Positions 1 through 9,737 of a DNA stretch of 64,000 nucleotides are shown piece after piece. This stretch comes from Candidatus Uhrbacteria bacterium (GTDB lineage Bacteria; Patescibacteriota; Patescibacteriia; GWA2-47-26): assembly GCA_016187515.1 (NCBI GenBank), contig JACPJN010000009.1, positions 68,891 to 132,890 of the forward strand. Direction: 5' to 3'. Each line of letters starts with the position of its first letter. The first letter of the stretch is position 1. Below the pieces are notes generated by a model. The model had not been told where the DNA came from. It saw nothing but the letters and a program-made list of their open reading frames with translations, and made no database searches. The position numbers were made by a program, and so were the translations under genes.

Positions 1-424
1 TATTATCTGTGAGCCCTTGGCCATCTGCGCTATTTGCTCTCTTGGAATTGATAACTCTCATAATCTGGAGTGGCCGTACTCTAAAATTTACGATGTAACC
101 AACTTCCAACCCGGTAGATTCTAAATAACGTAATAATTGTTTTCTATGCTCGGCAGTAATGCGATCGGTTGTTTTTAACTCGAGTACAATCTTACCATCT
201 ACCACGAGATCGAGCCGAACCGTACCAAGGTCTTTCTCCTCATACAAAATTTTCACAGGTTTCTCTGTTTCGTATGGAATACTCTGCTTATCAAATAATG
301 TTGACACTGCTCGCTGATAATGCTTCTCATGCATCTTTGTACCGAGATCATTCTGTACTTTGAACAGTATCCCCCTAATCTTATAAGAAAGCTCCTTATG
401 CGGAAAGTATTCCTCCTTCGCCAT
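1..424 (-). CDS. GxxExxY family protein (PD-(D/E)xK-like), partial; runs off window start
   Basis: Reverse translation from ATG at 424 gives MAKEEYFPHKELSYKIRGILFKVQNDLG...LDLVVDGKIVLELKTTD...EHRKQLLRYLESTGLEVGYIVNF with no stop before position 1; matches the GxxExxY family architecture. Confidence 0.7.
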   Translation of the reverse strand, partial: MAKEEYFPHKELSYKIRGILFKVQNDLGTKMHEKHYQRAVSTLFDKQSIPYETEKPVKILYEEKDLGTVRLDLVVDGKIVLELKTTDRITAEHRKQLLRYLESTGLEVGYIVNFRVRPLQIMRVINSKRANSADGQGLTDN

Positions 425-427
425 ATT

Positions 428-2026
428 TCATTTAGATGTTAGCTCTCGAGCAATGTTATCTATATCACCCGCACCCATAACTATGACCACATCGTTAGGC
501 TGGGCAAGCTGCAATAATAACTGCTTGGTTTCTTCGAGATTGCCTCCATATCGGACATCTGCGTAATCTGGGGCCGGAGGCATCTGCGTTATCTTGTCTA
601 CAAGCATACGCGAGTTGACATCCCGCTCTTCCATCCGTCCCTTCACAGCATAAATTTCTGACACGATAACTAAATCCGCCGCGTCTTTTAGCACTTCCAC
701 AAAATCGTTAAACAAATGCTTGGTACGACTGTGCTGGTGCGGCTGAAACACAAGTACGAGCCGCCGTCCGGGATAGGCCTCTCGCGCCGCCTTCATGGTT
801 TCGCGGATCGCGGTGGGATGGTGGGCATAATCGCTAATTACCAAAATTTCCCCGGAGGACTCATAACTCCCCCTCCCCCCTCTTACCTTAAGAGGGGGTA
901 TCGATCGATCTCCCTCCCTTAAGTTAAGGGAGGGTTGGGGTGAGTTATGAACTGCTGACATAGTGCCGACGATTTCAAAACGCCGCCACACACCGCGGAA
1001 ATCACGCACGGCACTTTCCGCTACCTCGCACGGCACGCCCAACTCCATCGCGGCCGTTGCCGCCGCCGTAGCATTGTATCGGTTAAATTCGCCTGGCACT
1101 TGGAGTTGAAGTGTCCCAAAAATTTCACTACTATGCCCATAGGTAATCCGCTTTTCCCCCACTTTGTCATTTCGAGCGAAGCGAGAAATCTCATATCGTG
1201 CAGACGGCAAGGTGTGAGATCCCTCGACTCCGTACTCTGCACTCCGCTCGGGATGACGGGAAATTAGTATGCTACATCCCGCATCATCTTCATTCATCAC
1301 CACCAATCCTTCCGCTGGCACTTTCTTCACTAACTTCTGAAAGCTCTCCACCGTCTGTTCCAAATCCCGAAAATAATCCGGATGATCCCATTCAATACTG
1401 GTTACGACTACCGCATACGGTGATAATTCTAAAAAATGATCACGATAGTCGTCGCCTTCAACGATGAAAAATCTCGCGGATGCACTACGTGCCGCAGATT
1501 GCACAGATGATATATCCGCGTAATTTGCGGGCGCAGCCATCTGCGGAATCCTTATATTGCTATTCCCCCACTCCCTCACTTTGCTCCCCACAATCACGAG
1601 CGGATCCATACCGGCCGCTTCAAGAATAAGTCCGAGCATCGCGGTCGTGGTGCTTTTTCCATGCGTGCCGGTTACCACAATCGTGCGGAACTCACAGCTC
1701 ACCTGCCCCAGTGCCTGGGCATACGACAGCTCCGGAATGCCTCTCGTCCGTGCGGCGGCCCGTTCCGGATGATCTTCCGGCACCGCATCGGAGTAGATCA
1801 CGAGATTAACACCATTCAATAACTGTGAACTGTGAACTGACGACTGTGAACTAAACACTTGAATACCGTCGGATTCAAGTGTTTTAGTTATCTCACTCTC
1901 CTCCGCATCCGACCCACTCACCTGCTTTCCTTGCGCGCGCCAAAGTTGCGCCAGCGCAGATACGCCAATCCCGCCAATGCCGATGCAATGAATTTTTTGT
2001 GCAGTAGAGATGTTCATGTTACTCAT
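428..2026 (-). CDS. murC: UDP-N-acetylmuramate--L-alanine ligase, carrying two in-frame repeat insertions
   Basis: N-terminal KIHCIGIGGIGVSALAQ Rossmann motif, GTHGKSTTTAM P-loop and Mur ligase middle/C-terminal blocks; 532 aa versus about 460 typical because of inserted elements. Confidence 0.9.
   Translation of the reverse strand: MSNMNISTAQKIHCIGIGGIGVSALAQLWRAQGKQVSGSDAEESEITKTLESDGIQVFSSQSSVHSSQLLNGVNLVIYSDAVPEDHPERAAARTRGIPELSYAQALGQVSCEFRTIVVTGTHGKSTTTAMLGLILEAAGMDPLVIVGSKVREWGNSNIRIPQMAAPANYADISSVQSAARSASARFFIVEGDDYRDHFLELSPYAVVVTSIEWDHPDYFRDLEQTVESFQKLVKKVPAEGLVVMNEDDAGCSILISRHPERSAEYGVEGSHTLPSARYEISRFARNDKVGEKRITYGHSSEIFGTLQLQVPGEFNRYNATAAATAAMELGVPCEVAESAVRDFRGVWRRFEIVGTMSAVHNSPQPSLNLREGDRSIPPLKVRGGRGSYESSGEILVISDYAHHPTAIRETMKAAREAYPGRRLVLVFQPHQHSRTKHLFNDFVEVLKDAADLVIVSEIYAVKGRMEERDVNSRMLVDKITQMPPAPDYADVRYGGNLEETKQLLLQLAQPNDVVIVMGAGDIDNIARELTSK
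861..950. mobile_element. GC-rich palindromic MITE-like element (TCATAAC family), in frame in murC
   Basis: TIR TCATAACTCCCC / GGGGTGAGTTATGA flank two hairpins, CCCCCTCTTACCTTAAGAGGGGG and CCCTCCCTTAAGTTAAGGGAGGG; translated in murC as [31 protein letters not shown]. Confidence 0.85.
1822..1855. repeat. 34-nt repeat ACTGTGAACTGTGAACTGACGACTGTGAACTAAA, in frame in murC
   Basis: Identical 34-mer recurs at about 54231-54264 inside uvrC; both encode FSSQSSVHSSQ on the minus strand. Confidence 0.85.
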
Positions 2027-2079
2027 TTAATCACATTCCCTTGTAAAAATCAACCCCTCTGTGCTACACTAAGCATATT

Positions 2080-3333
2080 ATGACGAACTTGGCCCAATAC
2101 GATCCAGACATCGCGCACGCGATTAAAAACGAACTCGAACGTCAAAGAAACGGCTTGGAAATGATCCCGTCGGAAAATTTTGTGTCCCTAGCAGTGCTCG
2201 AGGCCATGGGCACCGTGCCCACTAATAAATACGCCGAGGGCTATCCGGGAAAGCGTTATTACGGCGGCAATCAATTTATTGATGTAATGGAAACGCTGGC
2301 GATTGAACGCGCGAAAAAACTTTTCGGAGCCGAGTATGCCAACGTTCAGCCGCATGCCGGCTCGCAAGCCAACATGGCGGCCTATTTCGCGGTCATGAAA
2401 CCCGGAGAGAAACTTATGGGCATGGCGCTTCCGATGGGCGGACACTTAACCCATGGCCATCCCTTGAGCTTCTCCGGCACGTTTTATCAAGTCGTGCCTT
2501 ATGGCGTACGGCGCGATGGCTGGCTGGATATGGATGAAGTGCGCGCGATCGCGCTTCGCGAAAAACCAAAAGTGCTGGTCTGTGGCGCATCCGCCTATCC
2601 GCGTCTGATTGACTTCAAGGCCTTTGCGCAAATCGCGCACGAAACTGGAGCAGTGGCAATCGCGGATATCGCGCACGTGGCCGGACTAGTGGTTGGCGGC
2701 GCGCATCCGCATCCATTTCCTGAAACCGACATTGTCACCACTACGACGCACAAGACCTTACGCGGCCCGCGCTCCGCGCTTATTTTAGCAAAAGCGCAAT
2801 ATGGCGCGGCCATTGATAAAGCGATTATCCCCGGCCTGCAAGGCGGACCAATGGAACATATCATTGCCGCTAAAGCCGTATGTTTTAAAGAGGCGATGGA
2901 GCCGAGTTTCACGGACTACGCGCGGCGTATCGTGGCTAATGCCAAAGTCCTGGCCGAAACGCTAATGCGTGAAGGACTCACACTGGTCTCCGGCGGCACG
3001 GATAATCATCTGATGCTCATGGATTTAACTGCTCTGAATATGGCCGGCAAACAAGCCGAGGCGCTTCTTGATGAAGTGGGTATTACGGTGAACAAAAATA
3101 TGATTCCGTACGATCCGAGGAAACCCTTAGACCCTTCCGGCATCCGTCTGGGCACACCGGCTTTAACCACGCGGGGTTTCACGGAAGACGACATGAAAAT
3201 CGTGGGCCGTACCATCGCGGAAGTTTTGAAAAATCCAACCAGCGACGATACCAAATCTCGTGCGCGAGAAGTCGTGCGCGGACTTACGGAAAAATATCCG
3301 CTCTATCCCGATCTAAAGTATGCAACTTATTGA
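2080..3333 (+). CDS. glyA: serine hydroxymethyltransferase
   Basis: 417 aa; SHMT motifs [22 protein letters not shown] and THKTLRGPR (PLP lysine region). Confidence 0.95.
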   Translation: MTNLAQYDPDIAHAIKNELERQRNGLEMIPSENFVSLAVLEAMGTVPTNKYAEGYPGKRYYGGNQFIDVMETLAIERAKKLFGAEYANVQPHAGSQANMAAYFAVMKPGEKLMGMALPMGGHLTHGHPLSFSGTFYQVVPYGVRRDGWLDMDEVRAIALREKPKVLVCGASAYPRLIDFKAFAQIAHETGAVAIADIAHVAGLVVGGAHPHPFPETDIVTTTTHKTLRGPRSALILAKAQYGAAIDKAIIPGLQGGPMEHIIAAKAVCFKEAMEPSFTDYARRIVANAKVLAETLMREGLTLVSGGTDNHLMLMDLTALNMAGKQAEALLDEVGITVNKNMIPYDPRKPLDPSGIRLGTPALTTRGFTEDDMKIVGRTIAEVLKNPTSDDTKSRAREVVRGLTEKYPLYPDLKYATY

Positions 3334-4228
3334 CGGGCGTGCGCTTGCGGCAAAAATCCACGCCGAAATAAAAGAGGAAATCCAGCGCCTTAAGATTGTC
3401 CCCGGGCTGGGGGTTATTTTGGTTGGCGAAAATCCGGCTTCCGAGCATTATGTGGAACTAAAAAAGAAAAAAGCGGAAGCGCTGGGTTTTTATGTGGATG
3501 TACGCGCCCTCCCGTCCTCCATCACCCAGGAAGCGCTGCACGCTGAAATTATCAATCTTAATTCTCAATCTTCAATTCACGGCTTTATTTTACAACTCCC
3601 GCTCCCCTCCCGCCTTGATAAGCACGCCGCGCTAAATTTGATTGATCCCAAAAAAGACGCTGACGGTTTGCATCCGCTTAATCTTGGTAATTTGGCGCGT
3701 GGCGCACCGGCTGTAATACCGGCTACGCCCCGCGGAATCCTGGCGCTTATTGAATCCACCGGCACCCGTATTGAAGGCGCGCATGCGGTGGTAGTCGGCC
3801 GCAGTGCGATTGTGGGCCTGCCGACCGCACTGATGCTCACACAGCGCAACGCCACAGTAACCATCTGCCACTCGCACACCAAATCCTTGGCCGCGCATAC
3901 ACAAACCGCAGACATTCTGGTGGTCGCGGCCGGACACCCCGGACTGGTACGCGGCGATATGCTAAAAGGCGGCGCGTGCGTAATTGATGTGGGAAGTACT
4001 CCCACCCCCTCTGAATCTCCCCCTCCAAGAGGGGGAGAACACCGGTCAATTTCCCCCCCTGCCCGAGGGGGGGCGAGGGGGGGTGGGAGTACCAAATGGC
4101 TCGGAGACGTTGATTTCGCCTCCACCCTAAAAAAATCCGGCTTTATCACCCCAGTCCCGGGCGGAGTGGGCCCTATGACTGTCGCGATGCTTTTGAAAAA
4201 TACGATTGAGCTGGCAAAGTCATCCTGA
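3320..4228 (+). CDS. folD: bifunctional methylenetetrahydrofolate dehydrogenase/cyclohydrolase, with an in-frame element
   Basis: [13 protein letters not shown]..., GFILQLPLP and [11 protein letters not shown] motifs typical of FolD; 14-nt overlap with the glyA stop; extra [33 protein letters not shown] loop. Confidence 0.9.
   Translation: MQLIDGRALAAKIHAEIKEEIQRLKIVPGLGVILVGENPASEHYVELKKKKAEALGFYVDVRALPSSITQEALHAEIINLNSQSSIHGFILQLPLPSRLDKHAALNLIDPKKDADGLHPLNLGNLARGAPAVIPATPRGILALIESTGTRIEGAHAVVVGRSAIVGLPTALMLTQRNATVTICHSHTKSLAAHTQTADILVVAAGHPGLVRGDMLKGGACVIDVGSTPTPSESPPPRGGEHRSISPPARGGARGGGSTKWLGDVDFASTLKKSGFITPVPGGVGPMTVAMLLKNTIELAKSS
3996..4092. mobile_element. GC-rich MITE-like element (GTACTCCCACC family), in frame in folD
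   Basis: TIR GTACTCCCACCCC / GGGGTGGGAGTAC enclose hairpins TCCCCCTCCAAGAGGGGGAG and TCCCCCCCTGCCCGAGGGGGGG. Confidence 0.8.
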
Positions 4229-4376
4229 ACGTGCGTGGGATCTCCGGCATATGCGGGGATACCCGCCTCTCTTCCCGTCGCGCATGCCATTCGGGAATTT
4301 AGACACTGCAATGCTCGGCGGGTTAATTTTGCACTCGAATTTTTTCGTTTCACTCAAAATTCGGCAAAATTAAAAA

Positions 4377-4415
4377 AGCGCCGGCTGAACTGGTCAGTCG
4401 GCGCGCGAGTCCTCT
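4377..4415 (-). terminator. intrinsic terminator for the response-regulator gene
   Basis: On the minus strand a GCGCCGACTGACCAGTTCAGCCGGCGC hairpin is followed by TTTTTTAATTTT. Confidence 0.55.
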
Positions 4416-4436
4416 CCTCTTGTCGCCTATTGCGGT

Positions 4437-4919
4437 CTAGCAAAACCCGTCTTCGCCAGAATCGTCGTCCGGGTCCGGCTCGGCGCCGTCGAAATCGTCG
4501 TCCGGATCATCGTCAACCTGCACCCCCTCCGGGTCCAGCACTTTCGCCACCGCGTTGCGGATCACGGCGCGCAATTCCGCGGGATCCCACGGCTTGGCCA
4601 GATACGCAAAGAGCAGGCCCGAGAAAACCGCTGCGGCATACTGGCCGCTGTCGCGGTCGGCGGTGACCAAAATCCGCACGCTGCGCGGAAATCGGGCGGC
4701 AACCTGGCGCAAAAACTCCAAACCTTTCAGGCCGCCCGGCATGGAGTTGTCGCTCATGATGACATCAAAAAACATGTGGGCATCAAGCATCCCAAGCGCC
4801 TCCGCCGCGCTTCCCGCCTCACTGATCGTACAATCCGAATACTCCCCTTGGATTGTCCGCGCCAGCGCCCGGCGCATTCCTCCTTCATCATCCACGATCA
4901 GAAAATGAACGGGTGCCAT
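4437..4919 (-). CDS. single-domain response regulator receiver protein with an acidic C-terminal tail
   Basis: MAPVHFLIVDDEGGMRRAL..., DVIMSDNSMPG and LAKPWD receiver motifs; the track ORF extends upstream to 4976 but M at 4919 fits the family. Confidence 0.75.
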   Translation of the reverse strand: MAPVHFLIVDDEGGMRRALARTIQGEYSDCTISEAGSAAEALGMLDAHMFFDVIMSDNSMPGGLKGLEFLRQVAARFPRSVRILVTADRDSGQYAAAVFSGLLFAYLAKPWDPAELRAVIRNAVAKVLDPEGVQVDDDPDDDFDGAEPDPDDDSGEDGFC

Positions 4920-4999
4920 TCTCTTTCCTCCCTTTTTGTATTTTCGCGTAACCGCCGCGTACCCCCACCCTACCACAAATCCTCGGCGCTGTCAACCCC

Positions 5000-5305
5000 C
5001 TAGCGGGTTACTTCCGCAATCCACTTCAACACCCCCCGAGACGTCCTTTTCACCTCCCACTGCTCAATAACCGGCAGGTCATAACTGTGCAAAGCGTAAA
5101 GGCGCGCTTCAAGGCGCCGCGCCAAGGCGTTTCTGGTCTTGCACAAAACCGCCCACTCCCGCGCCTGCTCCACCTTGGCTTTGAAGCGGTACACTGACCG
5201 CACTGGCCACATGTTCACGCAGGCAATTAACCGCTCGCGAAGCAGCGCGCGCGCAATGCGCTCGGCTTCTTTTCGCGAACCGCAAGTAGTAAAAATGACG
5301 ATCAT
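5000..5305 (-). CDS. cutA: divalent-cation tolerance protein CutA
   Basis: 101 aa; IVIFTTCGSRKEAERIARALLRERLIACVN...WAVLCKT...HSYDLPVI matches the CutA1 family. Confidence 0.75.
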   Translation of the reverse strand: MIVIFTTCGSRKEAERIARALLRERLIACVNMWPVRSVYRFKAKVEQAREWAVLCKTRNALARRLEARLYALHSYDLPVIEQWEVKRTSRGVLKWIAEVTR

Positions 5306-5320
5306 AACTTTGCCAGCGGT

Positions 5321-6481
5321 CTATAACAATTGCCACAATTTCTGTACCGCGCCAACCGCCATAAGCGCAGCTGCAGCAATTCCCGCCGCGACTTTCCAGT
5401 TCAGTCCGGAAGCGTGTCGGCGCCGCATCAACGCCAGCGCGGCGGCGACAATCACCATCCCCTCCAGTCCGAATAAGACACTGCCCACCACATCAATCAC
5501 GTCAATAAAACTCCTGGCCCCGGCCAAAAACAGCAAAAGCGGAATGCCCGCGGCAAACCCCCAAGCCGGCGTATGCTTTACCAAAAAATCATACTTAAGC
5601 ACCTCCTGCAAATAAAGCGCGATCACAAAATACGAGGTGATAATCGCGAGAAACCCCGTCAGCGCGCCCAGCGCCATGATCCCCGGCCCCAACACCCCTT
5701 GCAATCCGCTAATCGCTTCCTCACTCGTGTTTGATCCGGACACTCCGACCACGGCCAGCATAAAAAGCGCGGTTACGACTACCGGAACCAAGGTACCCAC
5801 CGCGATACTCCGGCGAAATACTCCTTTGCGCCGTTTGACAATATCCCAAAGTTCGGGAATTGCCGCGGCGCCGGAAAGCGAAACCATCAGCACTCCATAA
5901 GGCCCAAACCATCCGCCTCCTCCGGCGGTAAATAAATTCTGCGCGTCAAAATGCGCCAAACCGCGGCCGCTGATGAAAAGCAAAGCGCCGATAAGAAGCC
6001 AGGCCAGGTAAAACTCCACTCCGGCCACCAAGCGCAGCCCAAAAAAGCTCACCGTGGCAACCGCGATAAACAGTATGATGCTATAGGTAAACGCCTCGCC
6101 GCCAAAAATTGGCGTAAGCAGCAGCGAGAGAAACATGCCGCCCACAATCAGATACGCCAGCTGCAGGCCCCAAAAACGCACCACCTCCGTAATCAATACA
6201 ATCCGCTGGCCGGCTTTGCCAAAAGTATACCCCACGTATCCGGGCAAACGATGTTTCCCGGGAGTGGAAGCAATCAGTTCGCCGTAAAACCAGTGCACCG
6301 TCAGCACCAGCACACCCACCACGACAATCCAAAACAGCCCAATCCAAAACCCGGCTTGCGCCGCCACATACGGCGCGCCGAAAATCCCGACCCCGATAAT
6401 CAGCCCGGAAAGCGTGGCAATCGCATGGAGAAATTGTTTCATAAGACCAATAGGACCTATTGGTCTTATAGTATACCACAA
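5321..6481 (-). CDS. polytopic membrane transporter, amino-acid permease-like (Trp/Tyr permease-type)
   Basis: About 11 predicted TM helices and a GxGIFGAPY motif near the N-terminus; start may be the internal M at 6442 (MKQFLH...). Confidence 0.55.
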   Translation of the reverse strand: MWYTIRPIGPIGLMKQFLHAIATLSGLIIGVGIFGAPYVAAQAGFWIGLFWIVVVGVLVLTVHWFYGELIASTPGKHRLPGYVGYTFGKAGQRIVLITEVVRFWGLQLAYLIVGGMFLSLLLTPIFGGEAFTYSIILFIAVATVSFFGLRLVAGVEFYLAWLLIGALLFISGRGLAHFDAQNLFTAGGGGWFGPYGVLMVSLSGAAAIPELWDIVKRRKGVFRRSIAVGTLVPVVVTALFMLAVVGVSGSNTSEEAISGLQGVLGPGIMALGALTGFLAIITSYFVIALYLQEVLKYDFLVKHTPAWGFAAGIPLLLFLAGARSFIDVIDVVGSVLFGLEGMVIVAAALALMRRRHASGLNWKVAAGIAAAALMAVGAVQKLWQLL

Positions 6482-6528
6482 CTCATCCCCACACTATCCT
6501 CTTGACGCCTCGTGATTGAAAGGTTAAG

Positions 6529-7923
6529 GTGAATGGACTACTTATGCCTACCCAATCTCCTCCTTCTTTAGCGCAGCGTATCCCGCCCCAGAATATCGAA
6601 GCCGAGCAGTCGCTGTTGGGCGCGCTTCTGATTGATAAGGACGCGATTATCAAAGTGGCTGACGTGGTCATGCCCGAGGATTTCTATAAAGATATTCATC
6701 GCCTGATCTACGAGGCCATGTCCGGGCTATTCCAGGATCGCGAGCCGATTGACCTGCTTTCGCTCTCCAATCGCCTGGAGGAGAAGAAACAGCTGGAATT
6801 GGTCGGCGGCCGGACCTACTTGATTGAACTTTCCAACGCGGTGCCCACCTCGGCCAATGTTGGCCATTACGCTTCCATTATCCAAAAAAAAGCCACCCTG
6901 CGCCGTCTGCAGCAGGCCGCGGCGCAGATCAGCACGCTTTCATTTGAAGAAGCCGAGGAAGTGGATCATCTTTTGGATAAAGCCGAGCAAAAGTTATTCA
7001 GTGTTTCGCAAAAGTATTTGAAGCAGGCCTTTATTCCGGTGCGCGATGTCTTAACCGAGGCCTTTGACCGCATTGATGAAATCCACCGCGAAAAAGGGAA
7101 ACTGCGCGGACTTTCCAGCGGATTTTTCGCGCTGGATAATCTGCTCGCCGGACTGCAGCGTTCGGATTTGGTCATTCTGGCGGCGCGGCCATCGCTGGGA
7201 AAGACCTCGCTGGCCCTGGATATCGCGCGCAACGTTGCTACGCGCGAAAAAGTTCCGGTCGGCGTCTTTTCTTTGGAAATGTCCAAAGAACAGCTGGTGG
7301 ATCGGCTGATTTGCGCCGAAGCCGGAATTGATCTTTGGCGCATGCGTACCGGACGGCTTTCGGATAAACCAGGCGAAGACGATTTCGCGCGCATTGGACA
7401 CGCGCTGGGGCAGCTCTCCGAGGCCCCCATTTATATTGATGACTCGGCCACCGCGAACATTATGGAAATTCGCACCAAAGCGCGGCGCCTGCAGATGGAA
7501 AAAGGGCTGGGACTCCTGGTGGTGGATTATTTGCAGCTAATGGAATCGCGAACGCGCATTGAAAATCGCGTGCAGGAAATTTCGGAAATTACTCGGGCGT
7601 TAAAAGCGATCGCGCGCGAGCTGAACATTCCGGTGCTCGCCTTGTCCCAGCTTTCCCGCGCGGTGGAGGCGCGCAGCCCCGCGATTCCCAAACTCGCTGA
7701 TCTTCGTGAATCTGGATCGATCGAGCAGGACGCGGACGTCGTGCTGTTTATCTATCGCAAAGCCATGGATAAAGGAGCGCAAAATCTGACGCCCGAGGAA
7801 CGCCATATTGCGGATATTTTTATTGCCAAACACCGCAATGGCCCGACCGGACAGGTGCAATTATTCTTTGACGAACAAAAAGTAAGCTTCCGTAATTTGG
7901 AGAAAACCGGACAGCCGTTTTGA
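6529..7923 (+). CDS. dnaB: replicative DNA helicase
   Basis: N-terminal IPPQNIEAEQSLLGALL, Walker A ILAARPSLGKTSLALD, and IPVLALSQLSRAVE / DADVVLFIYR motifs. Confidence 0.95.
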   Translation: MNGLLMPTQSPPSLAQRIPPQNIEAEQSLLGALLIDKDAIIKVADVVMPEDFYKDIHRLIYEAMSGLFQDREPIDLLSLSNRLEEKKQLELVGGRTYLIELSNAVPTSANVGHYASIIQKKATLRRLQQAAAQISTLSFEEAEEVDHLLDKAEQKLFSVSQKYLKQAFIPVRDVLTEAFDRIDEIHREKGKLRGLSSGFFALDNLLAGLQRSDLVILAARPSLGKTSLALDIARNVATREKVPVGVFSLEMSKEQLVDRLICAEAGIDLWRMRTGRLSDKPGEDDFARIGHALGQLSEAPIYIDDSATANIMEIRTKARRLQMEKGLGLLVVDYLQLMESRTRIENRVQEISEITRALKAIARELNIPVLALSQLSRAVEARSPAIPKLADLRESGSIEQDADVVLFIYRKAMDKGAQNLTPEERHIADIFIAKHRNGPTGQVQLFFDEQKVSFRNLEKTGQPF

Positions 7924-8012
7924 GGTAAATCAAGTGAATCAGGTAAATCAAGTAAATCAAGTAAATCAAGTGAATCAAGTGCCTGATTTACTTGTCTCGC
8001 TTGATTTACCCA
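7922..8012. repeat. tandem 9-bp repeat array (GTAAATCAA/GTGAATCAA about 7 copies) followed by inverted tail CTTGATTTACTTGTCTCGCTTGATTTAC
   Basis: Read directly in the dnaB-recR intergenic region; same architecture recurs at about 48903-49012. Confidence 0.85.
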
Positions 8013-8018
8013 ATCAAT

Positions 8019-8705
8019 ATGCAATTTCCTCCTCCCATCACCCGTCTGATCCAGCATTTCCGCGCGCTCCCCGGCGTGGGCCCGCGCACGGCCGCGCGTT
8101 TTGTATTCGCGCTATTAAACAAACCCGAAGATGAACTGCGTTCCTTTGGCCATGCCCTGGTTGATCTTAAAGAAAGCATCCGCGTGTGCAAAGCATGTTT
8201 CAACGTATCGCTGGCAAATCCCTGCCAAATTTGCGCGGATCCCAATCGCGATGCCGCCGCGCTTTGCGTGGTCGCCCGACCGCAAGATATCCAAGCCCTT
8301 GAAGAAACCCGGGAATATCATGGTCTCTATCACGTCTTGGGTGGGACGCTTAATCCGATTGAGGGCGTAACGCCGGAACAATTGCGGATTAAGGAATTGC
8401 TGAATAGAATTGATAATCCGCCGCTCCCACCCCTCCTAACCTCCCCTCGGGCAGGGGAGGAAAACGATCGTATTTCTCCCCCTTTTCAAGGGGGAGTTAG
8501 AGGGGGTCAAGACATCCAGGAAATCCTCCTCGCCTTAAACCCGGACCTGGAAGGCGAGGCCACCGCGCTTTACCTGGCCAAACTTCTTAAAGCCCGCGTG
8601 CCGCGCGTCACGCGGCTGGCCCGCGGACTGCCCCAAGGCGCGGACCTGGAATACGCCGACGAGGTAACGCTCATCAACGCGATAAAAGGACGAAGGGAAA
8701 TATGA
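8019..8705 (+). CDS. recR: recombination protein RecR, with an in-frame element
   Basis: MQFPPPITRLIQHFRALPGVGPRTAARFVFALL (HhH), C4 zinc finger CKACFNVSLANPCQIC and Toprim; track ORF starts at 7992 but the RecR alignment favours 8019. Confidence 0.88.
   Translation: MQFPPPITRLIQHFRALPGVGPRTAARFVFALLNKPEDELRSFGHALVDLKESIRVCKACFNVSLANPCQICADPNRDAAALCVVARPQDIQALEETREYHGLYHVLGGTLNPIEGVTPEQLRIKELLNRIDNPPLPPLLTSPRAGEENDRISPPFQGGVRGGQDIQEILLALNPDLEGEATALYLAKLLKARVPRVTRLARGLPQGADLEYADEVTLINAIKGRREI
8423..8508. mobile_element. GC-rich MITE-like element (CTCCCACCCC family), in frame in recR
   Basis: Hairpins CCTCCCCTCGGGCAGGGGAGG and CTCCCCCTTTTCAAGGGGGAG; encodes NPPLPPLLTSPRAGEENDRISPPFQGGVRGGQD. 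Confidence 0.8.
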
Positions 8706-9547
8706 AAGAGGATATTTTACACAATCGTGGTTTCATAACACTCCTCGAGGAATTAGGACTATCCGGAAATGAGATAAAATGCTATTTAGCAACATTGGGC
8801 TTGAACTCCGCAACCGTTGCTGAAATTTCAAGCCACGCGGCAGTAAATCGCGTCAATGCCTACAGCGCAGTCAAGAAACTTCTTGAACATGGTCTTTTGG
8901 AACAAGAGATAACTCCAAAAGGACGGCGTATCCGTCCCGCCCCGTTTGACGCGCTTCAGGAACTTGCCCAAAGTTACCAAAAGCATGCTACTCGCCTACG
9001 CTGGAAGATGGAAGATCTAATCAAAGAATTGACTGACCAGCGCGCGCAAAACAATCCGTCACAACCAACGATAATGGGTGAAGTGCTTTTTTTCAGGGGT
9101 GAAGATGCGTTCTACCAAATTGCCGAGCGCACTCTCGCAATACCACCGGGATCGGAGGTCTGCATCCTGGAAGCGTTTGACTATTTTACCCCGCCGGACA
9201 ATCCTACCTATGATGACGAATACTATATCCCAGCGCGTTTAAATCGCGGGGTTTCGGCGCGCATACTCCATCGTCCGGACGAACATGGCCGAGCGTTGCG
9301 CGCCCGCGATCATAAAGAACACCGCGAAACGCGCTTCCTGCCGACTAACATGAATTTTCCGTGCTCCATGTATATTTACGGCGATGAAGTGGCGCTGGTG
9401 TGGACCACTGATCATGTGGTGGGATTGGCCGTACGCGGCGGACCGCTCACGACCTTGATGCGGGCGATGTTTGAGCAATATTGGAAAGCGGCGGCAGCGG
9501 GAAACCTATACCGGGACGCAAAAAACGCGCCTAAAAGTGAGTTGTAA
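8702..9547 (+). CDS. TrmB-like winged-HTH transcriptional regulator with an uncharacterised C-terminal domain (paralog 1)
   Basis: N-terminal LLEELGLSGNEIKCYLATLGLNSATVAEIS...LLEHGLL HTH; ATGA overlap with the recR stop; paralog of 14187..15125 (shared RETRFLP...YIYG.EVA motif). Confidence 0.65.
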   Translation: MKEDILHNRGFITLLEELGLSGNEIKCYLATLGLNSATVAEISSHAAVNRVNAYSAVKKLLEHGLLEQEITPKGRRIRPAPFDALQELAQSYQKHATRLRWKMEDLIKELTDQRAQNNPSQPTIMGEVLFFRGEDAFYQIAERTLAIPPGSEVCILEAFDYFTPPDNPTYDDEYYIPARLNRGVSARILHRPDEHGRALRARDHKEHRETRFLPTNMNFPCSMYIYGDEVALVWTTDHVVGLAVRGGPLTTLMRAMFEQYWKAAAAGNLYRDAKNAPKSEL

Positions 9548-9560
9548 TTCTACAATACTA

Positions 9561-9588
9561 CCGCGCGAAAGCGCGGATTTGCTTTTAA
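9561..9588 (+). terminator. intrinsic terminator
   Basis: CCGCGCGAAAGCGCGG hairpin followed by ATTTGCTTTT. Confidence 0.6.
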
Positions 9589-9737
9589 ATAAGCGAGAAT
9601 TTCTCTCCTATTGTTCCGTTCATCGCAAAAACTTTGACACTGCACTGCCATACCGCCAAACTAGAGGTAGATGGGGGTAAACGCCTATCTTTCTCCATCG
9701 GCATGGTGCTGTATGGAATATACCAAAGGAGGACGTC

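Noticed and set aside
861-950. Could the in-frame insertions of about 30 aa be inteins or introns?
   Set aside because: They are far too short for inteins and lack the Cys/Ser...His-Asn junction residues. They are DNA palindromes with TIRs and are translated straight through, like Rickettsia RPEs.
3577-4353. Long antisense ORFs overlapping folD, the Cys-rich lipoprotein (10015..11034, 10443..11120, 10522..11334), the 21.3-22.4 kb region and others
   Set aside because: In a GC-rich genome long open frames occur on all six frames. These lack SDs and family similarity and overlap better-supported genes, so I treat them as spurious.
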